From: a virus | DNA length: 64,000 nucleotides | Virus record (IMG/VR): IMGVR_UViG_3300030329_002967 | Location: 6,710-70,709 of that record | Reading direction: 5' to 3' (one strand) | Position numbers and translations under genes: made by a program | Part shown: one piece after another, positions 10,172 to 20,403 of the stretch | How positions within the stretch are numbered: the stretch's first letter is position 1 | Layout: the number at the start of each line of letters is the position of its first letter | The notes under the pieces: generated by a model | The model's input: only the letters and a program-made list of their open reading frames with translations | The model's database searches: none | Told to the model about the DNA's origin: nothing

Positions 10172-11815
10172 TTAATTAACTGCTCTACGCCCTTTAGTTC
10201 TTTTCCTAGCAATCTTAGGTGAGGCACTCAATCCTCCATCAGCCCTAGAAGCGTTACGAGCATTATTTTTAGCCCAGTTCTCCATAGACTTAAAATCCTC
10301 AGGGAACGCCTCGCTAAGAGGCTTCATAATCTCAAGCTGAGCTACCAAGCTCTTACCTGTAATGCTTTCGCCACTCCTAAAGCTAACCTTCTTAGCCTCT
10401 TTAACTGCCGCCTCTATCTCTGCGCTCACAAATCCTTTAGATGCTGTAACCGCTAAATACAGGTCGCTAACCTCTTTAGGGTCTTCATTACGCTTCTTAA
10501 GATGGATATCTAATACAGCCTTCCGCTCAACCTCATTCGGTGGAAGCACCGCAAACACTTCATCCATGCGTCCCTTTCTCAGCATCTCGGAAGGTAAGCC
10601 CTCAACCCTATTAGCGGTTAGAATCCAAAAGATATCTGCCTCAGACTCCTGCATAGCTGTAAGGAATATACCAAGAACTCGCTGGCTCACTCCACTATCG
10701 CCTCCTCCTTTATGCGCTCCTCCTAAAGCCTTATCAACCTCATCAATAAGAGCAACGCATGGTGACATAGATTCTAACTGCTTAATTGCAGACCTAGCTT
10801 TAGACTCTGAAGACCCTACGATCCCAGCAAAACACTTAGATACGTCCACCCTAACCAATGGCCTATTAAGAACTGTTCCAGTAGCTTTACCAAGCAGAGT
10901 CTTACCAGTTCCCGGTGGCCCTACAGCAACTATCCCCTTAGACTTATCCACTCCTGCACTATACGCCTCAGGAGTCATACACTCTGAAGCAGTCTTGATC
11001 CACTCTTTAAATACCTCTAACCCTCCTACATCCTCCATGCTGACACCCTTCATCAATTCAAGCACCTCAGATTGCTTAACAACATCAGTCTTAGAATCAA
11101 GAATGGTTCCATTAAAATCAGTAAACTCAATCTCATGCCACTTCTTCTTAGAGTCCTTGGGTGGGCGGTTCTCCACTATCGCCTTAGACATCGCAACTTC
11201 AGCTTCCATCTGAGTCATTCCAGAAGCAGAACCGACGATGGTATCCTTAAGGCTATCTTCATACATAACAGGCACTTCCTCTCCCTCAGGAGTAGAAGAC
11301 TCTATTACATAATCATAAATCTCTGCTATCTCCTCCCTATTCGGAAGATCGTAGTCCACTACGGGGATATCATGCTGTAACTCCTCAGGGAGATTCTGGC
11401 ACTCAGGTACAATTAGGACTAGCCTCAAAGCGGTAGACTCGGCAAAATCCCTAGCATAGTGCCTAAGGCACTCTACAAAACCGGGGTGCTTAGCCAACCA
11501 AGGATGCACGGCGTTCATAACAAACACTCCAGCTTCCCAAAACTCCTTGCCCCCTCCATCGATATCCATAATCTTTTTCAATGCCTTATAAACATCAGCT
11601 ACCCCATCCCCATTAACAATAGTACCTGATTCAAACTCTTCCGAAGTATACTTAGTCCACCCATCCCGAATATTCCAAATTCCGAAAGGCAGTCCCTTAG
11701 AGAAGGCGAACTCTCTTAGGGATTCAATAGCCCTAAATGGTTCCCTAGTTCTGGTAAGCATTACCCCGACCCCTGAGGAGGAAAGGGTATTAATTTGTTT
11801 TAAGTATTTTTTCAT
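10172..11815 (-). CDS. Ycf46-type AAA+ ATPase (inactive N-terminal + active C-terminal AAA domain)
   Basis: DVGGL..FKEW; GPPGTGKT; GIVGSSE; LIDEVDK; GDSGVSQRVLG.FLT.MQE; TAN...LPSEMLRKGRMDE; W....AR.AS. Confidence 0.9.
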   Translation of the reverse strand: MKKYLKQINTLSSSGVGVMLTRTREPFRAIESLREFAFSKGLPFGIWNIRDGWTKYTSEEFESGTIVNGDGVADVYKALKKIMDIDGGGKEFWEAGVFVMNAVHPWLAKHPGFVECLRHYARDFAESTALRLVLIVPECQNLPEELQHDIPVVDYDLPNREEIAEIYDYVIESSTPEGEEVPVMYEDSLKDTIVGSASGMTQMEAEVAMSKAIVENRPPKDSKKKWHEIEFTDFNGTILDSKTDVVKQSEVLELMKGVSMEDVGGLEVFKEWIKTASECMTPEAYSAGVDKSKGIVAVGPPGTGKTLLGKATGTVLNRPLVRVDVSKCFAGIVGSSESKARSAIKQLESMSPCVALIDEVDKALGGAHKGGGDSGVSQRVLGIFLTAMQESEADIFWILTANRVEGLPSEMLRKGRMDEVFAVLPPNEVERKAVLDIHLKKRNEDPKEVSDLYLAVTASKGFVSAEIEAAVKEAKKVSFRSGESITGKSLVAQLEIMKPLSEAFPEDFKSMENWAKNNARNASRADGGLSASPKIARKRTKGRRAVN

Positions 11816-11823
11816 ATCAGTTT

Positions 11824-11852
11824 ACTATATCACACAAAAAAACATTTGTCAA
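11824..11852 (-). promoter_or_regulatory. sigma70-type promoter for the AAA operon
   Basis: TTGACA-17-TATAGT with TG extension; ATG 8 nt downstream. Confidence 0.8.
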
Positions 11853-11902
11853 TATTGAAAATAAAAAATTTTTTACTATACATCTGTTATAAGATTCTAT
11901 AA

Positions 11903-12298
11903 TTATATAAATCGAGCTAAGGTTGCGCCTTTGCCTTCTGCCTCTTCGATCATCCCACTAGCTATCTCCATACGAGGCTCAAGATACTCTTCACGTTGCC
12001 CAAAGAAAGTAAACCCATCTATCGCCCTAACCTCTATACCCATATCAATAAACTCTCTTAGGTCAGATAATTTATACTGCTCTACAGATTTTGAAAATTC
12101 TCTAATAGGTATAGGAGGTAAGGACTCGAAGTCTGGGTCATACCCTAAAGCACTCATAAAATGCCTAGTATTCTCTCTAGCCATACTTAGTTCTTCTTTA
12201 GTTTGAACTAAAGAATTATTTTCATCCACAAAATGAAGTGATGCACACATATCATTATATATAGCACAATTCATAACATTTGCAAGAAAAAATATCAA
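11903..12298 (-). CDS. hypothetical protein (real start probably ~12250, MCAS)
   Basis: ORF; its 5' part overlaps a TTGCAA/TATAAT-like promoter. Confidence 0.55.
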   Translation of the reverse strand: MIFFLANVMNCAIYNDMCASLHFVDENNSLVQTKEELSMARENTRHFMSALGYDPDFESLPPIPIREFSKSVEQYKLSDLREFIDMGIEVRAIDGFTFFGQREEYLEPRMEIASGMIEEAEGKGATLARFI

Positions 12299-12318
12299 CT
12301 ATTTGAACACTGTTCAAA

Positions 12319-12642
12319 TTAATCATTATCACTAAGTTTATCTAAAATTTTCGTCTGCTGAACTTCAATCCTTTCCAGCACCCCGTCAGTTCCTTCCTGT
12401 CTAGTTCGTATAACGGCTAAGTCTGTCTTGATCGCTCCTATTGCCTCAGAATGTCTAGTAAGCGTTTCAGAATGAGAGGTAATAACTCTGTCGTGCCTCT
12501 TTAATTCCTCACTTTCAACAGCTTCCCTAGACATCATTGTTAGGGCGAAGGAAACCATAGATACTCCTCCCGTAATAATAGTGATACAAAACCATTTAGG
12601 TAATTTAACAACCTCTCCGTCTTTAATCTTTTCGGCGTTCAT
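12319..12642 (-). CDS. single-TM coiled-coil protein of the lysis cassette
   Basis: One hydrophobic helix followed by heptad coiled coil; downstream of the endolysin. Confidence 0.6.
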   Translation of the reverse strand: MNAEKIKDGEVVKLPKWFCITIITGGVSMVSFALTMMSREAVESEELKRHDRVITSHSETLTRHSEAIGAIKTDLAVIRTRQEGTDGVLERIEVQQTKILDKLSDND

Positions 12643-12679
12643 ATATTATACTACTAATATACATCATCGCCTAAGCACC

Positions 12680-13762
12680 TCAATCAGATGCTACACGAAT
12701 TAAGCTTCCCATTTTAAATAGGTCTGCTTCCGCATCACGCCTAAGATGCAGTCCTTTGAGTTTAGAATAATCCCAAAGCCTTTTCATAGATCTTATATGC
12801 GAGGGAACATAACCAGCATAGCCTCTAGCAATATCAGTCTTAATGTCCCTCATCTCTTTTCGGGTTGATCCCCTCATTGATGCGCCCCTATTAAATACCA
12901 GAGAAGTAAGTGCCGCATTCTCATGTGGGTGTAATCTAGTTGTAGATATGTCAAACGCTCTTCTAGCTCTCTCACTATAATTAGGAATCGTAATCTCATA
13001 AAACACATGAGAAGCTTGATCCCATGTTACCCTCACCGAGTTCTTAACCCTAGGTAACCCATTATAGTACGCATCTCTTCCTTTTAGCCCTCTAACCTTT
13101 TTTAAGTCTCTCACCATAGAGGCCGTAAGAACGCCTTTAAAAGCCTCTTCTATTTCTGCCTCACTCATATGCCCTAAATCTATTCCGAAGCCTACAGTGA
13201 CCCCTGACTGCGTACTACGCCACGCTGGAACAGTAGGCTTCATCAACCTAGACTCATAATAAGCCCTACCGCCTACCTCATAATAAATAATCATATCCAC
13301 ACCCTTTTTACTAACAGGCAATTCAGTTGGGCAGGATGCCCTTCCATGCACAATAGAAAAGAAAATAATCAGCCATGTAATTATAATCCACTTAGTCTTA
13401 TCAACTGGAGCCATACGATGCCATCCTACATCAAAAACCTTACCAAAATCCCTACCCAAAGTATTCTTAAACGCCCACCTTAATACTAACCAACCTACAA
13501 GACCAGCTACCGCAACAGTCATAAGCAGATTAAATAACTCTACCAGCCCATAAGAAGCACTAAATGTCTTATAAGAGGCTTCAGCCACTATACTAGAAGA
13601 ACCCTCAGTCAACTCCACCCCAGTAGCTTCAGCCTCAGCCTTAAGCTGATTACTATCATTAAACCCATTTATAAGATTAATAATAAAAAGAGCAAGATAA
13701 AACCCAGCGATGGTTACACACGCAACCTTAATATCCCTACGAACTGAATTACATTTACTCAT
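12680..13762 (-). CDS. endolysin (lysozyme/pesticin-like muramidase) with N-terminal multi-TM region
   Basis: IIYYEVGG..YY, P..P...SGVTVGFGIDLG, ALTSLVFNRG, IRSMKRLW, GL..RR.AEA.LF; three hydrophobic segments in the first ~140 aa. Confidence 0.85.
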   Translation of the reverse strand: MSKCNSVRRDIKVACVTIAGFYLALFIINLINGFNDSNQLKAEAEATGVELTEGSSSIVAEASYKTFSASYGLVELFNLLMTVAVAGLVGWLVLRWAFKNTLGRDFGKVFDVGWHRMAPVDKTKWIIITWLIIFFSIVHGRASCPTELPVSKKGVDMIIYYEVGGRAYYESRLMKPTVPAWRSTQSGVTVGFGIDLGHMSEAEIEEAFKGVLTASMVRDLKKVRGLKGRDAYYNGLPRVKNSVRVTWDQASHVFYEITIPNYSERARRAFDISTTRLHPHENAALTSLVFNRGASMRGSTRKEMRDIKTDIARGYAGYVPSHIRSMKRLWDYSKLKGLHLRRDAEADLFKMGSLIRVASD

Positions 13763-13983
13763 TTGCTACTACCTATAACAACTGCTCTACGATAACTCCA
13801 CTCTGAGTGAAACTTCTGCCCTCTCCCTATAAGAACCCCTTCGGAAAATCGGTATTCAACGCCTTCCTTTAAAGTTATATGAGGAGGGTCATAAAGTGCG
13901 CTTTCGTTCAATGTCGTATCGTTGCGAAAGACGTTCGAGCCGCAACTTGGCAGAAGGACTACCATCAGAAGCGGCTTCGTCCA
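13759..13983 (-). CDS. putative o-spanin (outer-membrane lipoprotein); start uncertain
   Basis: KPLLMVVLLPSC lipobox; overlaps the upstream gene in another frame. Confidence 0.55.
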   Translation of the reverse strand, partial: WTKPLLMVVLLPSCGSNVFRNDTTLNESALYDPPHITLKEGVEYRFSEGVLIGRGQKFHSEWSYRRAVVIGSSK

Positions 13984-14080
13984 TTTTATCTTGGATAGAA
14001 TAAAGGTAAACACGTTGTCTCCAACTAACATAAGCACTGTACGCCGTAAGTGCCGCCGCTAGTGCTTTAAGTATTTTCAC
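13889..14080 (-). CDS. putative i-spanin
   Basis: N-terminal TM + short helical domain; overlapped by a lipoprotein ORF; lies between holin and endolysin. Confidence 0.55.
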   Translation of the reverse strand: MKILKALAAALTAYSAYVSWRQRVYLYSIQDKMDEAASDGSPSAKLRLERLSQRYDIERKRTL

Positions 14081-14244
14081 TTTTTGCGCTTATTCATCAC
14101 TGACCAGACCAGTCCTACAAGAGTTACAACTGCGGCAACGCCCGTTGTAACTTCTTCTCCTGTAGCAAGTCCTCTTTCAGTGATAAAACCTCCCCCGAAG
14201 GTGAGAATGTGCCTTACGATTCCTAATATAGCTTCCTTACTCAT
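14077..14244 (-). CDS. putative holin, 55 aa (absent from ORF track)
   Basis: My translation: MSKEAILGIVRHILTFGGGFITERGLATGEEVTTGVAAVVTLVGLVWSVMNKRKK; two TMs, RH.LT..GG and WS..K motifs, basic C-terminus. Confidence 0.8.
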   Translation of the reverse strand: MSKEAILGIVRHILTFGGGFITERGLATGEEVTTGVAAVVTLVGLVWSVMNKRKK

Positions 14245-14286
14245 AATTCAATAATATGATGGATTAATATGATTTCAATAAAATAA

Positions 14287-15624
14287 TTAAGCAGGGACTT
14301 CGTAACCCCTAACAATAACGGTAACAGTCTTTCCTATAGAGGGCGTTCCTGCGCTAGTTTGGCGAGTACTTATATAAATCTTCTTAGTGCCATCTCCAGT
14401 AATACCTGCTCCCGGTGCGCCAAACGAGGTATCTGATGCTGACCTAACTGACCCATCTGGCTGTAAATCATCAGACCATTCCGTAAGCTCACCTGTGGTA
14501 GAGTTCACATCGCCTATATGAATGGTAGGAGGGTTAGCCCCAGCAGATCCGAGTACATCTGTATCAGTAACAATGTAAGCCCACTCTGTAGCATAGAACT
14601 TAAGCCCATTAGTTATAATAGCATAAGTAGCTAATGGTACATGACCCTCTGTAACAGAGTGCGCTAAGTACAAAGCGGAATCTGCGGCTGTAGTTCCAGC
14701 AGTAACCGTAATAGCGTGTGGGCCGTAATTTACGGCTGTAAGAGTAATTTTATCAGTAGAGCCGTTTGCCGCTGTAATACCAGCAATGCCATTAGTAGAG
14801 TCTCCTGCCGCACTAGCTCCATACTTTGCTAACGCAGTATTGCTAGTACCATTAATGGCCGCAAGAATATTAGTAGATGATCTAGCAGATGGGCCAGTAT
14901 TCTGTATAAATATCTCCCCTGCCGCTGGAGTTACCGCACTAAGGTCAGCAACAAGCTTAAGGGTAATATCTGTCCCAAGTCCACCAGCACCAGTTGACAC
15001 ATTAACCTTCACTGTATTATCTGATCCAATGCTAACATAGAGCGCATCTGTAGCTACACTTCTAGCTCCGTCTGGTTGAGGAGATGCAGGGTGTGCATCA
15101 TTAAGAACAATGTCAGGAAACTCATATTGAGCGAACTTAGCTCCACGACTAGGTGCAGAATCACTAGGACGAAAGACATTATTATGCACACGGGCATACA
15201 CCGTTTGGCTTCTAACCCAATCAGTAGCAGACGTTCCCCCGCCTGACTCAGATAAAGCTACCTCAAACCCTACGTCAACATAAGTTATGTCATCGGCGGT
15301 AGTTGAATTAACCGCAAGTAATGTATCTATCTCGTCTGTATCAGTATCTATACTAATACTATAAGACCCATCGTCGTTATTAGGGGCTGTAGTTGTAGAC
15401 CCGAAAGATACTAAAGATCCATCAAATTTATCCTTCTCTTTAAGAGCTACCGCAACATAAGAAGTAGATGCCTTCTTCCTAGGGTTTCCCCTATCGTCCA
15501 AAAATTGTATATCAAACGAGACATTATCCCCTCGTTTTAAAGGAATTGGGTTTCCTGTACTATATGCGTCAGGAAAGCCTTTTTTCTTCTGGATAGTCCC
15601 GTCTTCTCTAATATAAAGCTTCAC
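14287..15624 (-). CDS. tail fibre / receptor-binding or baseplate protein
   Basis: BppU-like N-terminus (LKRGD....I.F.D); A/G/T/S-rich beta-strand C-terminus; last gene of the tail module. Confidence 0.65.
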   Translation of the reverse strand: MKLYIREDGTIQKKKGFPDAYSTGNPIPLKRGDNVSFDIQFLDDRGNPRKKASTSYVAVALKEKDKFDGSLVSFGSTTTAPNNDDGSYSISIDTDTDEIDTLLAVNSTTADDITYVDVGFEVALSESGGGTSATDWVRSQTVYARVHNNVFRPSDSAPSRGAKFAQYEFPDIVLNDAHPASPQPDGARSVATDALYVSIGSDNTVKVNVSTGAGGLGTDITLKLVADLSAVTPAAGEIFIQNTGPSARSSTNILAAINGTSNTALAKYGASAAGDSTNGIAGITAANGSTDKITLTAVNYGPHAITVTAGTTAADSALYLAHSVTEGHVPLATYAIITNGLKFYATEWAYIVTDTDVLGSAGANPPTIHIGDVNSTTGELTEWSDDLQPDGSVRSASDTSFGAPGAGITGDGTKKIYISTRQTSAGTPSIGKTVTVIVRGYEVPA

Positions 15625-15688
15625 ACTATATTTTAAGATTACAGTAACCCCCTGTCAAGGTCTACTATTTGAACGATGTGCAAATAGT

Positions 15689-16738
15689 CTAACTAGGATC
15701 ATAAGTATTGTCAGGATCAATAGGATCATCAAGTGCATGATCTGAGCCTTTTTCGCCTCCATCGACCTCATTCTCAACTCGATACTTAACTATTGTAATA
15801 TCGCTCATCCAATATTGTTCAAGAGATTCTAAAGTATACGGATGATCATCACGGGTATTCCTTATCTTATCTGCCTCTTCCTTAAAATGGTTTTCATTTT
15901 TGTCATTAGCAATCAGATGAGGGTGATTAGCAGGTAGTTCGGTTTCTTTAAATGTAACCTTCCCTATAAGAAAAAACTGACATCCATAACCTACCTCATT
16001 CTCACCGGAATCCGCAACTTCAGAAGGATCTTTAGTAGCGTCTATAATCCACACCTGCGCCCGATCAGCCCCAGCCTTGATTTGATTTATATTATCCGTC
16101 CCTCCAGTAAGCTCATTACCATCCTTATCCTTCCTAGAAGTCCACGCTTTAACCCAAATTCTAAAATCCTTAGTAGCTTGTGCATTTACGAGTTGGGATA
16201 TTATCCAACCTGCTCCCTCCTCATCAACAGCCACTCCCTCAACGGCCTTACCATCTGCCGCACTCTCCGCTTCTGTAACTAAAGTAGGGAATATAGGCTC
16301 TATGTCATTTCCCCATACAGGACACCCGTCCTTATCTATAGCCGCATATACATTCTGGTTTTGTTTACGAAAATTACCATACTGATCTGTATGCGATAAA
16401 ATCTCGCCGGGTGATCCGACTTCACAAGCGGCATTAATAAACGCAACACTACCAGTATTTATATACAGTGTTTGATCCGCAAAAGAAAAATGTAGCTCAA
16501 ATCTTCCTACAAACACTCGATTTTGTTCGGGTATTATATCAAATGAGAAATTTACCCCATCGTTAGCCTTAGTAAGGGCAATAGTACTAGAAGACTGAGG
16601 AACTGGTAAAGTCTGATATAGTTTATTAACCCCTTTAGCTAAGGTATTCAAAGCTACTTCCAACTCAGGTTGATCGGGTGCTGAAAACTCAGGTACGAGT
16701 GTAGATCTGTCCTTAGTATTATGATTAATAGTACCCAT
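15689..16738 (-). CDS. putative tail tip/hub protein
   Basis: Position downstream of the tape measure; acidic, beta-rich. Confidence 0.5.
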   Translation of the reverse strand: MGTINHNTKDRSTLVPEFSAPDQPELEVALNTLAKGVNKLYQTLPVPQSSSTIALTKANDGVNFSFDIIPEQNRVFVGRFELHFSFADQTLYINTGSVAFINAACEVGSPGEILSHTDQYGNFRKQNQNVYAAIDKDGCPVWGNDIEPIFPTLVTEAESAADGKAVEGVAVDEEGAGWIISQLVNAQATKDFRIWVKAWTSRKDKDGNELTGGTDNINQIKAGADRAQVWIIDATKDPSEVADSGENEVGYGCQFFLIGKVTFKETELPANHPHLIANDKNENHFKEEADKIRNTRDDHPYTLESLEQYWMSDITIVKYRVENEVDGGEKGSDHALDDPIDPDNTYDPS

Positions 16739-16740
16739 TA

Positions 16741-17514
16741 TTAAATGTTAATTTTCGCTCCCACAGGATAAATATCTTTATTCCATTTCCTTACTCCTGA
16801 CAGTCTCCAATTCCTAGTAACCTTAAACCCCGTCCCTACAGGTTCGACATCACACGAAATCTGTAACCAATCACGCTGGGGGTGACCATTTAAATTACCC
16901 ATGCCGTGACCATCGGGAATCCTAAGTCTTTTACCAATATTATTTAGATGTTGTGCGATAACAAATGCATCTTTCTTCGGCACTAACCTAGTTTCAGAGA
17001 AAATAAACCCTCCTTCCAAATAGGATTTAACACCGTAAAGGGCATTGCCGGCTTCATCAATAAACCCTTCAAACTTATGTTGGCCCTTCATACCCTTTGG
17101 AGTCCATCTCGCCCCGTTTAATGGCAAGCCCGGAGTTCCAGCAAAATCCTCAAAATCTGGATGAGTTTCAATAGGCTCGTTAGAAGAAGTTCCCCTTAGG
17201 CTATACTTGGTGCTAGTATCTTCTTCATCTTCTTCATCTTCGCCTGTTGGATCGGGTATCCCCTCAAAATTTACCTTAACTTGAGCCAAGCATCCGGGTT
17301 GTCTTGTAATAGTAGCCGTTTTAAATCTTAACCAATCAAAGTCAGGGTGAACCCTTATTTGATTCACCAGTACAGGAGCTACCTCATACTTGCAGGTATA
17401 GGTCAATGAAGCCTTCGCTATACCATCCTCATCGTAATTAATTGTAGCAGGTACATTCTCTACTAATTTAATTAAACTCTCGCCTATATAAACTGTATCT
17501 ATCTTTGTTGCCAT
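16741..17514 (-). CDS. putative distal tail protein
   Basis: Directly after the tape measure; EPIETHPDF, GVKSYL, W..DIY motifs. Confidence 0.55.
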   Translation of the reverse strand: MATKIDTVYIGESLIKLVENVPATINYDEDGIAKASLTYTCKYEVAPVLVNQIRVHPDFDWLRFKTATITRQPGCLAQVKVNFEGIPDPTGEDEEDEEDTSTKYSLRGTSSNEPIETHPDFEDFAGTPGLPLNGARWTPKGMKGQHKFEGFIDEAGNALYGVKSYLEGGFIFSETRLVPKKDAFVIAQHLNNIGKRLRIPDGHGMGNLNGHPQRDWLQISCDVEPVGTGFKVTRNWRLSGVRKWNKDIYPVGAKINI

Positions 17515-17526
17515 ATCAATTATGCT

Positions 17527-20187
17527 TTAAATATCATCAATCTCTATTAAAAATCCGGGGTTCTCTCCCATACGCTGTAGCATAGTTTCTAATAGGGTAG
17601 CCGTCTTAGAAGTATTCCTAACAATATCTAATTGAGGATCAGCACCGACCCTGCCTACTCTTCCTCCACCTCCTATAGCCGCCAAAGACGAAACTACGGG
17701 AGTAAGAAAGCCTGTTTTCTTTAATTGCGCTCTAGCGTCAACAATCTGGGCGGCTATTGCAGATTTTTCCGACCAGACACCGGGCTTCTCACCAAACTTC
17801 TTAGCCATTTCTTGAATAGATAGCATCCTCTCAACTTCTTTAGCCTCTTGTACCCTACCAGCAATCTTAAGCTTAAGGATTGCCAACTCCTCCTTAGCTT
17901 CCTTTACCCTCTTAGATTCAGCGTCCCTCGCTCTCTTATCACCCACCCTAAGTTTTTTAATTTCCTGTCTCAACCCAAACAATTTCCTAGCTTCCTCTGT
18001 AGTACTCTTAGAATGAATCCACTCCTTACTATTCATCTTATCTCTAATAGCGGCAATTCTCTCTGTAAGATGAGCCTCATCTCTCAGCCCTGCGTGTTTA
18101 ATCATCATAGCGGCCTTCTCCTCAGGGGTTGCAAGCTCACTAATTTGTTGCTCTTTAAAAAGGTCTACGTCAGACTTATCCAACTCTGCAAGTACCATCC
18201 TCCTATCTGCTTCCTCAGCCATTTTCCTATTCCTAGCCCGCTGATTTCTTTCTTCTAAGGCTATTTTCGCTTCGGCTTCGGCTCTTATTGCGCCCTCTAA
18301 TTCAAATTCTTTTGTTTTACGGGCATTAATGCCATCTAATATTTTTAAATGTCTTTCAGCTTGAACAAATAATGTACTGCCTTCTTTATTCTGATCCCTC
18401 ATAGCCTCAGTCCCTTTTCTCAAGGACTCATACATAACATCAAACTGTACACGATCCGTTGTCGCTATTAACTCTTTAACATCACTAATATTACTCTTAG
18501 CTTGATTCACTGCACTCTTTTGAATATTTAAGTCCTTATGAGCTTTCCACATAGCCGATATCGAAGCGATCTTATTACCCTCATCCCTAAATAAATTAAT
18601 TGCTTCAGTAGCCCCAGCCCATATCCCAGCACCTATCGTAGCGGCGGTAGCAATCGTACCTGCCAATACCTTCACTCCTGATTTTGCGGCGACTACTCCT
18701 GCTCCCCCTGCGACTCCGCCTGCGACTGCTCCTCCAGTTGCCTGTGCCGCTTTTAACGCCTTAGTGGCGGCTACCGCCCCCCATAGACCCTTAGTAAGTA
18801 AAGCAAATTTTGCTGTCACTCCCACTATAGCAAACGCCACCCCTTTAAACAGAAGGAGTCCAGATATAAGCAACGCTGGCCCCTTAAGGAAACTTAAGTG
18901 TTTATTAAGGAATGCCAACGATTCTGCCACTGCCTTAATAACCCCGACAACAGCAGTAAATACATTCGTAAGTGACCTACCTAACTCAATAGCCGCTTCC
19001 GATTTGGCGAACTCTCTTAGCATCTTCCCTAAGCTCTCTAAAGTATCTCTAAACGCCTGTCCCAAACCAGAATCCCCAATAACCAATAAGACCTCTTGAA
19101 ACGCTGACCTCACTCTAAACGCCGCCCCTTTCAAGGTATCATCCATAGTTTTTGCCATCTTCTCTGCCGCACCTTCAGACCCCTCGGTAACTCTAATCAT
19201 ATCCTCAAATGCATCTACCTGAGAAGTAAGGATTCCTGCGGCTACTCCAGCACGTTGACCGAAAATACCATAAGCGTTTCCAGCGTCCACTCCAACCCTC
19301 TTCAACTCTTTAAATATAGTGATAAAGCTATTAGTCGCTGGATTAATCTTATCCATGTTCGCCCCCATCTCCTTAATCTTTCGAGTAGCGATATTCGTAG
19401 GGTCAGCGAGTTTAGACATAACCCCTCTAAGGGCTGTACCACCCATAGTGGCTTGAATACCACTACTTGCAAGAACACCAAGAGCCGCTGAAGTCTCCTC
19501 AACAGATTTTCCTAAGCCTCCAGCCAGAGGAGCAATAAACTTCATACCTTGCCCCAACTGCTGAATATTCGTATTAGAGTTAGCCGCTGTAGCCGCCATT
19601 ACGTCTGCAAACCTTCCAGTCTCCTCAAACTTCGCCCCCATAGCAGTCATCACATTTGTAACAATATCTGCGGCTGTAGCCATATCCAATGATCCCGCTT
19701 GCGCCAAATGCAATACAGAAGGTAAAGCCGCCATAGATTGCTTAGCATCCAATCCTGCCATTCCTAAGAATACCAAACCACCTGCGGCATCAGTAGCAGA
19801 AAACCTAGTGTCTCTACCCATCTGCCTAGCCAGCTTACTCATATCCCTAAACTGGATATTAGTAAACCCAGCGGCTTGCTCCACAACTGACTTAACCCTA
19901 GCCATTGAGTCTTCAAAATCAGCGTTAACCTTAATTAACTCCCTTACAGCATCTTTACCAAACCGAAGAGTCTGGTATGCACCAGCAACAACCAAAACAT
20001 TACGAACAAGCCTACCAAATGCGCTACCTAACCGCTTAGTATCACGTTCAGCACCTCTAGTAGCACGACTCATCCTGTCTAAGGATGCGGTCATCTTATT
20101 AAGCGAAGCGTTTATTTCCTTAAGCTTATGATTAAGGGCAACCGAACCGCCTTCTTTAAAATTAATAAATATTGTCTCCGAAGCCAT
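17527..20187 (-). CDS. tail tape measure protein (TP901-type core)
   Basis: FEDSMARV..., T.FSAT.AA.GL..L.MAG, A...SNTNI.QLG..MK, GI....GGTALR, G.AEKMA.TM.D.L.G; Ala/Gly-rich. Confidence 0.95.
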   Translation of the reverse strand: MASETIFINFKEGGSVALNHKLKEINASLNKMTASLDRMSRATRGAERDTKRLGSAFGRLVRNVLVVAGAYQTLRFGKDAVRELIKVNADFEDSMARVKSVVEQAAGFTNIQFRDMSKLARQMGRDTRFSATDAAGGLVFLGMAGLDAKQSMAALPSVLHLAQAGSLDMATAADIVTNVMTAMGAKFEETGRFADVMAATAANSNTNIQQLGQGMKFIAPLAGGLGKSVEETSAALGVLASSGIQATMGGTALRGVMSKLADPTNIATRKIKEMGANMDKINPATNSFITIFKELKRVGVDAGNAYGIFGQRAGVAAGILTSQVDAFEDMIRVTEGSEGAAEKMAKTMDDTLKGAAFRVRSAFQEVLLVIGDSGLGQAFRDTLESLGKMLREFAKSEAAIELGRSLTNVFTAVVGVIKAVAESLAFLNKHLSFLKGPALLISGLLLFKGVAFAIVGVTAKFALLTKGLWGAVAATKALKAAQATGGAVAGGVAGGAGVVAAKSGVKVLAGTIATAATIGAGIWAGATEAINLFRDEGNKIASISAMWKAHKDLNIQKSAVNQAKSNISDVKELIATTDRVQFDVMYESLRKGTEAMRDQNKEGSTLFVQAERHLKILDGINARKTKEFELEGAIRAEAEAKIALEERNQRARNRKMAEEADRRMVLAELDKSDVDLFKEQQISELATPEEKAAMMIKHAGLRDEAHLTERIAAIRDKMNSKEWIHSKSTTEEARKLFGLRQEIKKLRVGDKRARDAESKRVKEAKEELAILKLKIAGRVQEAKEVERMLSIQEMAKKFGEKPGVWSEKSAIAAQIVDARAQLKKTGFLTPVVSSLAAIGGGGRVGRVGADPQLDIVRNTSKTATLLETMLQRMGENPGFLIEIDDI

Positions 20188-20199
20188 ACCTACTAAACA

Positions 20200-20403
20200 T
20201 TAAAGGTTAGACATCAATTCTTCAAGGGATTCCTCACGGGATAGCACCCTGCATTTAACTCCCTCCTTAAGATAATAATAATGCTCATACGCAAATACAA
20301 CCTTAAGGGGCATACTATAAAAGATATCCTTTGCCCACACTCCACTAACCGAATGAACAACAGCGCACATTCGGACTAACCAAGGTGGGCTTAATCGTTT
20401 CCC
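20200..20403 (-). CDS. -1 frameshift extension of the tail assembly chaperone (gpGT-like)
   Basis: G GGA AAC slippery heptamer at 20397-20403; the -1 frame reads RLSPPWLVRMCAVV...LEELMSNL to TAA at 20200, just before the tape measure. Confidence 0.8.
   Translation of the reverse strand, partial: GKRLSPPWLVRMCAVVHSVSGVWAKDIFYSMPLKVVFAYEHYYYLKEGVKCRVLSREESLEELMSNL

Noticed and set aside
10362-11213. Long plus-strand ORFs (this one, also 25063-25578 and 39024-39539)
   Set aside because: Antisense shadows of well-supported minus-strand genes, with biased composition and no motifs
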